From assembly GCA_044222475.1 (NCBI GenBank), contig JBGANF010000092.1:1-32789 (forward strand): a stretch of DNA of 32,789 nt. Reading direction: 5' to 3'. The notes under the pieces were generated by a model. That model was not told the origin of the DNA and did no database searches. It worked only from the letters and a program-made list of their open reading frames with translations. Shown one piece after another: positions 9,639 through 17,996 of the stretch. Positions within the stretch are counted from its first letter, which is position 1; each line of letters opens with the position of its first letter. Source of the stretch: Polyangiaceae bacterium (lineage in GTDB: Bacteria > Myxococcota_A > Polyangia > Polyangiales > Polyangiaceae). Made by a program: the position numbers and the translations under genes.

Positions 9639-10673
9639 ATGAAGGCGATCCAGATGCACGAGTACGGCGGGCCCGAGGTGCTTCGCCTCGACGAGGTACC
9701 GAAGCCGGTGCCAGGGCCGAACGACGTTCTCGTGCGCGTCCAGGCCTCGGCGGTGAACCCCGTCGACTGGAAGATCCGCATGGGAGGGCAACGCAACATC
9801 ATCCGCTACACGCTGCCGTGGATCCTCGGGCTCGACGTCTCGGGTGTCGTCGAAGCGGTCGGTGCGAAGGTGAAGCGCTTCCAGGTCGGCGACGAGGTGT
9901 GGTCGTCACCGACGCACTCGAGACCAGGCTCGTACGCGGAGTACATGGCGATCGACGAGCGCGAGGTGGCGCTGCGGCCCAAGACGATCTCCCACGACGA
10001 AGCGGCGTCGCTCCCTCTCGTCGCGCTCACCGCGTACCAGAGCCTCGTCGAGAAGGGGAAGCTCGCGAAGGGGCAGACCGTCGTCATCCTCGCTGGCTCG
10101 GGCGGCGTCGGCGCCGTCGCCATCCAGATCGCGAAGCACGTCGGCGCGCGCGTCGTGACGACGTGCAGCGCGAAGAACGCCGACTTCGTGCGCAAGCTCG
10201 GCGCCGACCAGGTGATCGACTACACGAAGGAGAGCTTCGACGAGGTACTCGGGCCCGGAAGCGTCGACCTCGTGTTCGACACGAACGGCGGCCCCGACTT
10301 CGCGCGCGCGCTCCGCGTCGTGCGGCCGTTCGGGCGGATCAGCAACATCAGCGTCGACGTTCCAGGCCAGGTCGAGCGCTACGGCGCGTTCTTCAGCCTG
10401 TTCACCCTCGCCGCGACGATGATCTGGCTCCACCTCTGGCCGCTCCTTCGCAAGGGCGTGCGCGCGCGCCACATCGTGAAGCGGTGCGACGGGCTGCAGC
10501 TCGGCGAGATCACGAAGCTCGTCGAGGCAGGGGCGATCACCCCCACGATCGACAGCGTGTTTCCGCTGGCCGAGATCCAGGACGCGCATCGACGGAGCGA
10601 GTCACACCGCGCCCGAGGAAAGATCGTCCTTCACGTCAGCGGGCCCGTCGCCGCCGTAGTCACGGCTTGGTGA
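9639..10673 (+). CDS. NADP-dependent oxidoreductase, MDR/quinone oxidoreductase family
   Basis: MKAI..YGGPEVL, VNPVDWK, AGSGGVG, IDY, RGKIVL. Confidence 0.9.
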   Translation: MKAIQMHEYGGPEVLRLDEVPKPVPGPNDVLVRVQASAVNPVDWKIRMGGQRNIIRYTLPWILGLDVSGVVEAVGAKVKRFQVGDEVWSSPTHSRPGSYAEYMAIDEREVALRPKTISHDEAASLPLVALTAYQSLVEKGKLAKGQTVVILAGSGGVGAVAIQIAKHVGARVVTTCSAKNADFVRKLGADQVIDYTKESFDEVLGPGSVDLVFDTNGGPDFARALRVVRPFGRISNISVDVPGQVERYGAFFSLFTLAATMIWLHLWPLLRKGVRARHIVKRCDGLQLGEITKLVEAGAITPTIDSVFPLAEIQDAHRRSESHRARGKIVLHVSGPVAAVVTAW

Positions 10674-11685
10674 GGGTCCGCGTGTACTCGACGTTTCCTT
10701 GCGCGTCGCAGAACTCGGCGGTGAAGGTCTTGCCGCTGATGCGGACGTAGAGGAATCCGACCGTGTCCTTCTGGAAGTAGGTCGTGTTGGTCGTCTTGAG
10801 TGCCGTCGTGCTCGCGCCGGCGCCGCTCACGATCAGCTCGGTGCCCTTGCAGGTGGCCGTGAGCCACTGGCGGTTGTGATCGTGCCCCGAGATGTACACG
10901 TCGGCCTTGCCGCACACGACGTCATCCATGAACGATTTCACGTTCGCTCCGACGAGCGGGATGCCGTCGTAGTTGCCGGCGTTCCCGTGAGGGCCGTTGG
11001 AGAGGTACGGGTGGTGCCCGAGCGCGATCTTCCACGTCGACTTCGAAGCCGCGAGCCAGGCCGTCATGTCGGTGCGCTGCTTGGCGTCTTGGTAGAAGAA
11101 GATCATGTTCGTGTCGGCCGCGAAGAAGCCGACGTCACCGACCGTGCGCTGCCAGTACGCCGCCGGCATGTGCCACTTCGTGTTGACCTTGGAGTAGTCG
11201 ATCTCGAACTGCCCGCGAGGGAAGTCCGTGCCGGCGCCGTTCGCGCCGTAGTCGTGGTTTCCGAGCACGGCCCAGAAATCGAGAGCGATCCCTTGGTAGG
11301 GCGTGACGAACTTGGCGGTCCACTCGGGATCGCTCGTCGAACCGACGCCGGAGTCGTAGATGTTGTCCCCGAGGAGCTGCACGAAATCGCAGCCGTCCTT
11401 CTGGCACTTCGCGGCGATGCCGGCGGCGACGTCGCCCTGTTCCTTGTTGCCCTTGCCGGTGTCGCCCATGGCGACGAAGCGGACGGAGGGAAGCGCTGCG
11501 TCGGGTGACGCGTCCGCGGTCTGCCCGTCGGTGGTGGTCGCGTCGTTTCCGGTCGGGGCATCGGCGACGGCGTCCTTGCCGATGCTGGAATCGACCCGGC
11601 CCGCATCCGGGTCGGGCGAGTCGCCGGTGGAGGAGCCGCAGGCGACGACGAAGAGGAACAAACCGAAGCGCGCTTTGCCGAACAT
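10660..11685 (-). CDS. Purple acid phosphatase/TRAP-like metallophosphoesterase lipoprotein
   Basis: Start MFGKARF; lipobox VVAC; GDTG, GDNIY, GNHDY, GHHP and SGHDH motifs. Confidence 0.88.
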   Translation of the reverse strand: MFGKARFGLFLFVVACGSSTGDSPDPDAGRVDSSIGKDAVADAPTGNDATTTDGQTADASPDAALPSVRFVAMGDTGKGNKEQGDVAAGIAAKCQKDGCDFVQLLGDNIYDSGVGSTSDPEWTAKFVTPYQGIALDFWAVLGNHDYGANGAGTDFPRGQFEIDYSKVNTKWHMPAAYWQRTVGDVGFFAADTNMIFFYQDAKQRTDMTAWLAASKSTWKIALGHHPYLSNGPHGNAGNYDGIPLVGANVKSFMDDVVCGKADVYISGHDHNRQWLTATCKGTELIVSGAGASTTALKTTNTTYFQKDTVGFLYVRISGKTFTAEFCDAQGNVEYTRTLTKP

Positions 11686-11729
11686 GGCGCGCAGTGTGAT
11701 CGAAGAACTGCGATCGCTCAAGCGAAGAT

Positions 11730-12464
11730 CTACTCGAGCACCTCGCCGACGAGCCGCATCATCTGACGGTGCCACGGACCGAGCGGCGCCTCGCGCCTTT
11801 CGCGCACGACCGCGAGGCGCGCATCGAGATCGCCGGTCGTGCCCGCGAGCGGGTCGCCCGCGTCGGCGCCGAAGAAGCGATCCAGCTCGACGCACTGAAA
11901 ACACGCTCCAGTTTGGGACACGAGGGCGCAACTCGACGCGTACTTCTCCGTGAGCCGAGCGCGCGCCGAATGAATCCACGCCTTCGCCTGGCCGAAGCTC
12001 GCGCCCATCACGCGGGCGACCTCTTCGACGGTGAAGTCGTAGATCTCCTTCAAGAGAAGCGCGCCCGATTCCTCCGGCGCCAGGTTGCGCAGGGTGCAGG
12101 CGAAGCAGACCGCGAGGTGATCTTTCGCGATCGTCTTCATCTCCGACGAACCAGCGAGGAGCCTCGACTCGGCGACGAACCCGGCGTCGCGCTCGGCGCG
12201 ATCACGCGTCTCGGTCAAGACGCTCTCGCGCCAGGTGCTGTGCTTTCGCAGGTAGTCGAGGGCGAGGTTCGTCGCTACGCGGAAGAACCAAGCGCGAAGC
12301 TCCCCTGGATCTTCCGGGAGCGACCGTTGCTCGAGAGCGCGGACCGCGGCTTGCTGAACGAGCTCCTCGGCGACATCCTCGCGCGCGACCATACGCGTGA
12401 GGTACCCGGTGAGAGCGCGCCGGTGCGTCCGGAACGCGGTCGCGACCTGCTCGCGGACGCTCAT
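11730..12464 (-). CDS. ECF sigma-70 factor with Cys-rich linker and C-terminal extension
   Basis: sigma2 AEELVQ..FRVATNLALDYLRK; sigma4 EEVARVMG..IHSARARL; CFAC and C-x8-CFQC; -10 TACGAT 6 nt before the ATG. Confidence 0.85.
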   Translation of the reverse strand: MSVREQVATAFRTHRRALTGYLTRMVAREDVAEELVQQAAVRALEQRSLPEDPGELRAWFFRVATNLALDYLRKHSTWRESVLTETRDRAERDAGFVAESRLLAGSSEMKTIAKDHLAVCFACTLRNLAPEESGALLLKEIYDFTVEEVARVMGASFGQAKAWIHSARARLTEKYASSCALVSQTGACFQCVELDRFFGADAGDPLAGTTGDLDARLAVVRERREAPLGPWHRQMMRLVGEVLE

Positions 12465-12478
12465 GGCACCATCGTAGA

Positions 12479-13312
12479 TCATCCCTCGCTCCGCGCGACG
12501 AGCTCACGGATCGCGCCGGCCATCGCTTCGCTTCGCTCCTCCGGCACGAAGTGACCGCAGCCACCGAGCACTCGGAGCTCGGCGCCGAGCGCGGCCGCAG
12601 TGCGTTCGCCGACGCGGACGGGGAAGAACGGATCACGATCGCCCCACAGGACGATCGCAGGGAGTCCGAGGCCGCGCGCGATGCGCTCGACCTCGGTGTA
12701 CAGCCCCGGGAGATCTCGCATGCTCTCGAGGAAGATGCGGCGCGTCGAGCGGACGCCCTGGCCGCGCAGCGCCTCGCGGTAGCGACGAAAAGGGAATGCG
12801 GCGCGATCCGAGACTGCAGCGACCCACATCATCATCAACCCGAACGTCCCGAACGCGATCCGAAAGAAGAGAGCGCCGAGGACGGGGATCTTCGCGATGC
12901 GGAGGGGGAACGGGATCGGCGTGTCGGGGAAGAGGTTCGTGGCGGCCAGGGTGAGCGAGCGCACTCGGCTGTCGAGCCTGCCCGCGAGTCGAATCGCGGT
13001 CGGGCCACCGAAGTCGAAGCCCACGAGGTGAACGCCGTCGATCGCGAGCGTACCGAGGAGCTCGTACAACGCGTCGGCGTGTTCGGCGGCGTGAGCTCCT
13101 GGTGGGGCGTCGCCCGAGTCGCCGAAGCCCAGGAGATCGGGCACGATGACCCGGTGGCGCTCTCCGAGCCGCGCGCCTACCGCGGCGAACGTACCCCGCC
13201 AGCCGGGTATCCCATGGAGGAGCACGACGGTGGGACCGGCGTCGCCGTAGCGATCGAGGGAAAAGCGGCCAGCGCGGCCGAGGTCGACGGTCTGGGGCAT
13301 CACCGTACTCAA
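12479..13312 (-). CDS. Alpha/beta hydrolase, haloalkane dehalogenase/epoxide hydrolase-like (start may be the ATG at 13300)
   Basis: LLHGIP, PDLLGFGDS, GFDFGG (Asp nucleophile), WGDRD, GHFVPEE. Confidence 0.85.
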   Translation of the reverse strand: MSTVMPQTVDLGRAGRFSLDRYGDAGPTVVLLHGIPGWRGTFAAVGARLGERHRVIVPDLLGFGDSGDAPPGAHAAEHADALYELLGTLAIDGVHLVGFDFGGPTAIRLAGRLDSRVRSLTLAATNLFPDTPIPFPLRIAKIPVLGALFFRIAFGTFGLMMMWVAAVSDRAAFPFRRYREALRGQGVRSTRRIFLESMRDLPGLYTEVERIARGLGLPAIVLWGDRDPFFPVRVGERTAAALGAELRVLGGCGHFVPEERSEAMAGAIRELVARSEG

Positions 13313-13399
13313 CGGCCGACGCCGCCGGAACGGATGAAGCTCCCGTAAGTGGCCGTGATGGCTTCGTTTTATTGGCCGGATGAAAAAGTTCGGCGGTGA

Positions 13400-13426
13400 T
13401 GTCGATCCGGAGGATCCTCGTTCGAC
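13400..13426 (+). promoter_or_regulatory. Putative ECF42-dependent promoter
   Basis: TGTCGA (13400-13405), 17-nt spacer, CGAC (13423-13426) upstream of the DGPF-ECF42 operon; matches the ECF42 consensus as I recall it (TGTCGA / CG(A/T)C). Confidence 0.7.
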
Positions 13427-13451
13427 CTAGCATCGAAGGAGACGAATCATC

Positions 13452-14207
13452 ATGGACTACGCGTTTCTCATCTACACCGCCGAAGCCCGTTTCGCGACGA
13501 TGCCCAAGGAAGAAGGCCAGAAGATCATGGCCGAGTACGGCACGTACACCAAGGACCTGTTCGCGACCGGTCGAGCCGGCGACTGCGCGGCCCTCGAGCC
13601 CTCGCCGACCGCGACGTCGGTTCGCGTTCGCGGCGGCAAGCGCACCGTGACCGACGGTCCGTTCGCGGAGACGCGCGAGCAGCTCGGTGGCTACTACACG
13701 CTGAAGACCGACGATCCGGAGGAGGCGCTGTCGTGGGCGGCCAAGATCCCCGGCGCGAAGCTCGGCAAGATCGAGGTGCGCCCCGTCATGTCGATGCCGA
13801 TGAGCGGTGAGGCATCGGCAAAGCAGGTCACCGCGAAGGACGGCTTCAAGGAGTACCTCTTCCTCATCTACGACGACGAGGCCGTGTGGGAGAAGATGAC
13901 TCCCGAGCAGCGCAACGCCATGTACGGGCGCTACATGGAGTTCACGTCGGCGATGAAGAAGACGGGCCAGTACCTCGACGGCGCGCCGCTTCAGCCGGTG
14001 AAGACCGCGAAGACGCTGAACGTCGAGGGCGGCAAGCGAACCGTCGTCGACGGGCCGTTCGCGGAGACGCGAGAGCAGCTCGCCGGCTACTACCGCATCT
14101 TCGCCAAGAACCTCGACGAGGCGATCCAGATCGCGGCGAAGATCCCGTCGGTCGAGATCGGCACCATCGAGGTGCGCCCGGTGATGGACACCAGCGCCTA
14201 CGCCTGA
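13452..14207 (+). CDS. YciI/DGPF family protein with two tandem DGPF domains
   Basis: DGPFAETREQLGGYY...IEVRPV and DGPFAETREQLAGYY...IEVRPV; AAGGAG SD. Confidence 0.92.
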   Translation: MDYAFLIYTAEARFATMPKEEGQKIMAEYGTYTKDLFATGRAGDCAALEPSPTATSVRVRGGKRTVTDGPFAETREQLGGYYTLKTDDPEEALSWAAKIPGAKLGKIEVRPVMSMPMSGEASAKQVTAKDGFKEYLFLIYDDEAVWEKMTPEQRNAMYGRYMEFTSAMKKTGQYLDGAPLQPVKTAKTLNVEGGKRTVVDGPFAETREQLAGYYRIFAKNLDEAIQIAAKIPSVEIGTIEVRPVMDTSAYA

Positions 14208-14208
14208 C

Positions 14209-15459
14209 GTGGACGCCGGATACGCCAACCACGTCCTCGCGGAGCTGACCCGCAAGGAGCGCCGCGCGATCGTCGCCACGATCGCGCGGCGGTTCGGCAG
14301 CATCGACGTCGCCGAGGAAGCGGTGGACCGCGCGATCGAATCCGCGCTCGAACAGTGGCCGCGCGACGGCGTCCCCGAGAGCCCCCGCGCGTGGCTGTTT
14401 CGAGCGGCGTCGCACAAAGCGACCGACGCGCTCCGTCATCGCTCGATGGCGGAGCGGGTTCACGTCGATCTCGCCCGCGGCGAGGACGACGGCGCGTCGC
14501 TTTCCGCGACCGCGTTTCCAGACGACCAGCTGCGGCTCATCTTCACGTGCTGTCACCCGGCGATCGCTCCGGAGGCTCAGGTCGCGCTCGCGCTGCGGCT
14601 TCTCTGCGGGCTCGGTACCGACGAGGTCGCTCGCGCGTTCGCCGTCAGCGAGACGACGATGGCGCAACGCATCGTCCGCGCGAAGGCCAAGATTCAAGCC
14701 GCGCGCATCCCGTACGAGGTGCCCGAGGCGTCCGAGCTCGCCGAGCGCATCGACACCGTCCTCGCGGTCGTCTACGCGATCTTCAACGAGGGGTACGTCG
14801 CGACGGGCGGCTCCGCGCTCGTGCGCGTCGATCTCGCGACCGAGGCCATCCGCCTCGCCGACCTGCTCGTCGAGCTGCTGCCCGACGCGCGCGAGCCGAG
14901 GGCGTTGCTCGCGCTGCTGCTGCTCATCGACGCTCGCCGGGAAGCGCGAGTGTCGCCGTCGGGCGCGCTCGTGCTGCTCGAGCATCAGGATCGCGGGCGC
15001 TGGGATCAGGACAAGATCGCTCGGGGGGCGAAGGTGCTCGAGGGCGTCCTATCGACGCAACCGGGCGAGACCATCCGCGTCTCGCCGTACGCGATCGAAG
15101 CGGCGATCCAAGCGGTCCACGACCGCGCGCCGAGCTACGAGAAGACGGACTTCGCGCAGATCGTCACGCTCTATCGACTCCTCCGCGAGCGCGCCGACTC
15201 GCCGCTCGTCGAGCTCAACGAGGCCGTCGCCATCGCCATGGCGGAGGGCCCCCGAGCCGGGCTGGCTCGCGTGGAGGGCCTCGTCGCCCGCGGAGTCCTT
15301 CAGGAGCACCACCTGCTCTGGGCGACCCAGGCCGACCTGCTGCGGCGGCTCGGGCGCACGCGTGAGGCGCTCGAGGCGTACGATCGCGCGCGCGCCCTCG
15401 CGACCAACGACGTCGAGCGTGCGTTCCTCGACGAGAGATCACGAAAGCTCCGCGATTGA
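14209..15459 (+). CDS. ECF42-type RNA polymerase sigma factor with C-terminal DUF6596/TPR extension
   Basis: DDQLRLIFTCCHP, AQRIVRAK, IFNEGY, LEHQDRGRWD, TPR-like C-terminus; immediately downstream of the DGPF gene. Confidence 0.92.
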   Translation: MDAGYANHVLAELTRKERRAIVATIARRFGSIDVAEEAVDRAIESALEQWPRDGVPESPRAWLFRAASHKATDALRHRSMAERVHVDLARGEDDGASLSATAFPDDQLRLIFTCCHPAIAPEAQVALALRLLCGLGTDEVARAFAVSETTMAQRIVRAKAKIQAARIPYEVPEASELAERIDTVLAVVYAIFNEGYVATGGSALVRVDLATEAIRLADLLVELLPDAREPRALLALLLLIDARREARVSPSGALVLLEHQDRGRWDQDKIARGAKVLEGVLSTQPGETIRVSPYAIEAAIQAVHDRAPSYEKTDFAQIVTLYRLLRERADSPLVELNEAVAIAMAEGPRAGLARVEGLVARGVLQEHHLLWATQADLLRRLGRTREALEAYDRARALATNDVERAFLDERSRKLRD

Positions 15460-15473
15460 AGTAATCTTTCGGC

Positions 15474-15806
15474 GTGGCTCTGATCGACGATCCGGTGGCG
15501 GCCGAGCGTCTGGCGAAGGCGATCCTCGACGACATCACGCTCGAGCACGACGAAGAGGTCCGCAAGGCGAGGCACCTCGACGAGGAGCTCGCGCAGTGGA
15601 TCGACGAAGGTCGCGTACTCTTCCGCTCGAAGGTCGCCCCGGATCTCCACCGCGTCTACGACGAAGAGATCATGCCGTGGACGGGCAGGGCGAAGACGCG
15701 AGCCAACGCCCTCGCGCCGGCGAAGCTCGACGGTACGAGGGTGATCATGCTCGTCGCGGGCGTGGCCGCGCTCGTGGTGGTGATCGTGTGGCTCTTGGTG
15801 CGCTGA
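15474..15806 (+). CDS. Small RomX-like protein with C-terminal transmembrane helix
   Basis: AERLAKAILDDITL...IDEGRVLFRSKV resembles the RomX-type RLARAIASDISL...EEGRELYKSRV pattern (from memory); C-terminal VIMLVAGVAALVVVIVWLLVR; -10 TAATCT 6 nt before the GTG. Confidence 0.6.
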   Translation: MALIDDPVAAERLAKAILDDITLEHDEEVRKARHLDEELAQWIDEGRVLFRSKVAPDLHRVYDEEIMPWTGRAKTRANALAPAKLDGTRVIMLVAGVAALVVVIVWLLVR

Positions 15807-16229
15807 CTACTTCTTCGCCGCCGCGCGCATCCGATTGTTCTTCGCGTTGTGCTCCACCTCCGCGAGGCCCAGCGCTTCGAGCACCGGCGGCACGTACATC
15901 CCAAATCGTCCGCGGAGGCCCTTCTTCAGGCCGTACCAACCCTTGACCGGGTTCTTCGCCGAGCGTCCCCACGCCTCGACCGTGCCCTCCGCTGCGGGCT
16001 TCTGCTCGTCGGCGCTGCCGAGCGGCATCCAGTCGCCGTGCTTCTTCAGCATCGCCGCGAGGTCGTCGATGCATCGGAGGTGGTACCGGAGCTGCGTCTT
16101 TCCGACCTGAACGACGAGGGCCGGAGGATCGGCGGCTTCGTCGCGGTACGCCTCGAAGGTCGACGTCCCCGGCGGGGTCGAGAGTTGCCACGGCTTTTCT
16201 GCGGTACCCAGTCCCTTGATCTTGCTCAT
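15807..16229 (-). CDS. DUF6855-like conserved hypothetical protein
   Basis: Start MSKIKG with GGAGG SD; PWQLSTPPG, LGSADEQK, GWYGLKKGLRGRFGMYVPP, HNAKNNRMRA. Confidence 0.8.
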   Translation of the reverse strand: MSKIKGLGTAEKPWQLSTPPGTSTFEAYRDEAADPPALVVQVGKTQLRYHLRCIDDLAAMLKKHGDWMPLGSADEQKPAAEGTVEAWGRSAKNPVKGWYGLKKGLRGRFGMYVPPVLEALGLAEVEHNAKNNRMRAAAKK

Positions 16230-16291
16230 TCTCGGTCTCCTCCATCGTCCACGATCGACATGCGTCGAAAGATGCGGCTCCCTGAAGAAAA

Positions 16292-17944
16292 TCACACTTT
16301 GGCTTCGAGTCGTCGCACGTCGACCATCCTCGCGAGCCCTTCACCCCCGCTGGTGGCGCACGACGCCCATGCGCGGGCGCCCTGCAGCGCGATGGCCCAG
16401 AGTCGGCGGGCGGCCTCGGGCTGGTCCGCATCGAACGCAGCATCGCCAGCGCGCTCGGCAACGCCCATCGCGTCGATGACGTCCGCTCGTGCGCCTTCGA
16501 GCACGTCGGCCGCGCGGGCGAAGCTTCCGTCACGCGCGAGCTTCTCGGCTTCCAGGACGGCCGGCGGAAGCGGCTTGCCTTCCTCCGTGCGCATCGTCCT
16601 CTCCGGCGGGATCTCGCGAGTGGCCGCCCGCGCCCATTGCTCTGCGAGCCAGCGTTCGCCGAGCCGAATCGCTCGTCCCACCTTGGGATCGTCGGCGTGG
16701 GCCGCGATCGCCTCCGCCGAGGGGCCCGTGGTCGGGACGGTGTCCCCGAAGAACCGGAGGAGCTCCTCGACGATCCGGAGCGCTCCGCCCTCGGCGACGC
16801 CGCGCGCTGCTTCCAGCGCGGCCCTCGCCTCGCGCTTGGTGGGCTTCGGTTCGGCGTCCCTCGCGGCGATCCAGCGGCGCTCGAGCTCGAAGCTCGGCGC
16901 CCAGATGCCGTGCGCGCGAAGCATCGCTGCGAGGTAGCGCTCGCCTTCGCGTTGCTCGCCGAGTCGCGTGCTGTGGCCCCGCTCACCCGCCACGACCGCG
17001 CGCCGCATCATCGAGAGCCCGCTTCGGAGCCAGCCTTTTCGCGCTGCGTATGCGCCGCGGCGCTCGTTCGCGAACGCGCGCTGCTTGTCGTCGTCGTAGT
17101 GGAAAGCGTCCGGGTCGAGCACGTCGAACATCTCGTCGCCGAGCCTGGTTCGTTCGAGCACTTCGCCGAGGTTGATGCGTGGCATCCCCCAGGTCGGCTT
17201 CAGTCGGACGGCGGCGCGCAGGTGCTCCAGCGCTGCGTCGGCCTCGCCTCGCTGGAGCCGCCACCACCCGATCCAGTTGTGGGCGGACGCCGCCGTCTCC
17301 GGATCGGTCGTTCGCTTTGCCATCCACGCGAACGCCTCGTCGACGCGTCCGAGCGCGAGGAGCACGTCACCGTGGTTTGCCGCCGCGGTCACGTGAGAAG
17401 GCGAGAGCTCGACGGCGCGCGCGAAGTGGGCGAGAGCCCGCTCGAGCAACGCAGGGTCCGCTCCGGGCTTCTTCCAGAGAAGCCATCCGGCGTAGTTGCT
17501 CGCGTTGGGGTACGTGGCGTCGGTGGCCACCGCGCGCTCCGCCGCGGCGATCGCCTCGTCCCAGCGCCCCTCCGCCTGGAGCGACTGCGCGCGGTCGTAG
17601 AGCACCTTCGCCGACGGCGGCTCGAACAGCTCGTCGAAGGTCCGGAGGGCGTCCACGACGGGCAGAAGCTCGGGGACGCCGTCGGCCTCGCGCGTCGCTC
17701 GGACCGACACGGCGCTCGCGCTGGGCCACGGGCCGCCCTCGGCCAAGCGCGACTCGACGCTCGGCACGAACACGTGGACCAGCCACTGCTCGAAGCTCAT
17801 CGTGTCCCCCCCGAACGCCCCGGCGGCCGCGATGGCCTCGGCGGACGGGGCCGCGATCTCCCAAAGGTTCGCGGCCTTCAACGCCGCGATGATCGCGTCG
17901 AGCCGGCGACGAACTTCGTGCGGATCGATACGCGCGATGGACAC
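16292..17944 (-). CDS. YqcC (DUF446) domain fused to TPR repeats
   Basis: N-terminal NLWE..PSAEA..AFGGDTMSFEQWL..VFVP..PWP; several TPR-like helices follow; -10 TATCGT 7 nt before the GTG. Confidence 0.78.
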   Translation of the reverse strand: MSIARIDPHEVRRRLDAIIAALKAANLWEIAAPSAEAIAAAGAFGGDTMSFEQWLVHVFVPSVESRLAEGGPWPSASAVSVRATREADGVPELLPVVDALRTFDELFEPPSAKVLYDRAQSLQAEGRWDEAIAAAERAVATDATYPNASNYAGWLLWKKPGADPALLERALAHFARAVELSPSHVTAAANHGDVLLALGRVDEAFAWMAKRTTDPETAASAHNWIGWWRLQRGEADAALEHLRAAVRLKPTWGMPRINLGEVLERTRLGDEMFDVLDPDAFHYDDDKQRAFANERRGAYAARKGWLRSGLSMMRRAVVAGERGHSTRLGEQREGERYLAAMLRAHGIWAPSFELERRWIAARDAEPKPTKREARAALEAARGVAEGGALRIVEELLRFFGDTVPTTGPSAEAIAAHADDPKVGRAIRLGERWLAEQWARAATREIPPERTMRTEEGKPLPPAVLEAEKLARDGSFARAADVLEGARADVIDAMGVAERAGDAAFDADQPEAARRLWAIALQGARAWASCATSGGEGLARMVDVRRLEAKV

Positions 17945-17996
17945 GAGGATGACGATAGCGCTTCCGGATGCGTCTCAAAGCGGCGAAGATGCGACC

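Noticed and set aside
16230..16268. Second ECF42 promoter (TGTCGA on the minus strand) upstream of the DUF6855-like gene
   Set aside because: No CG(A/T)C at the expected spacing, and the site is too close to the SD
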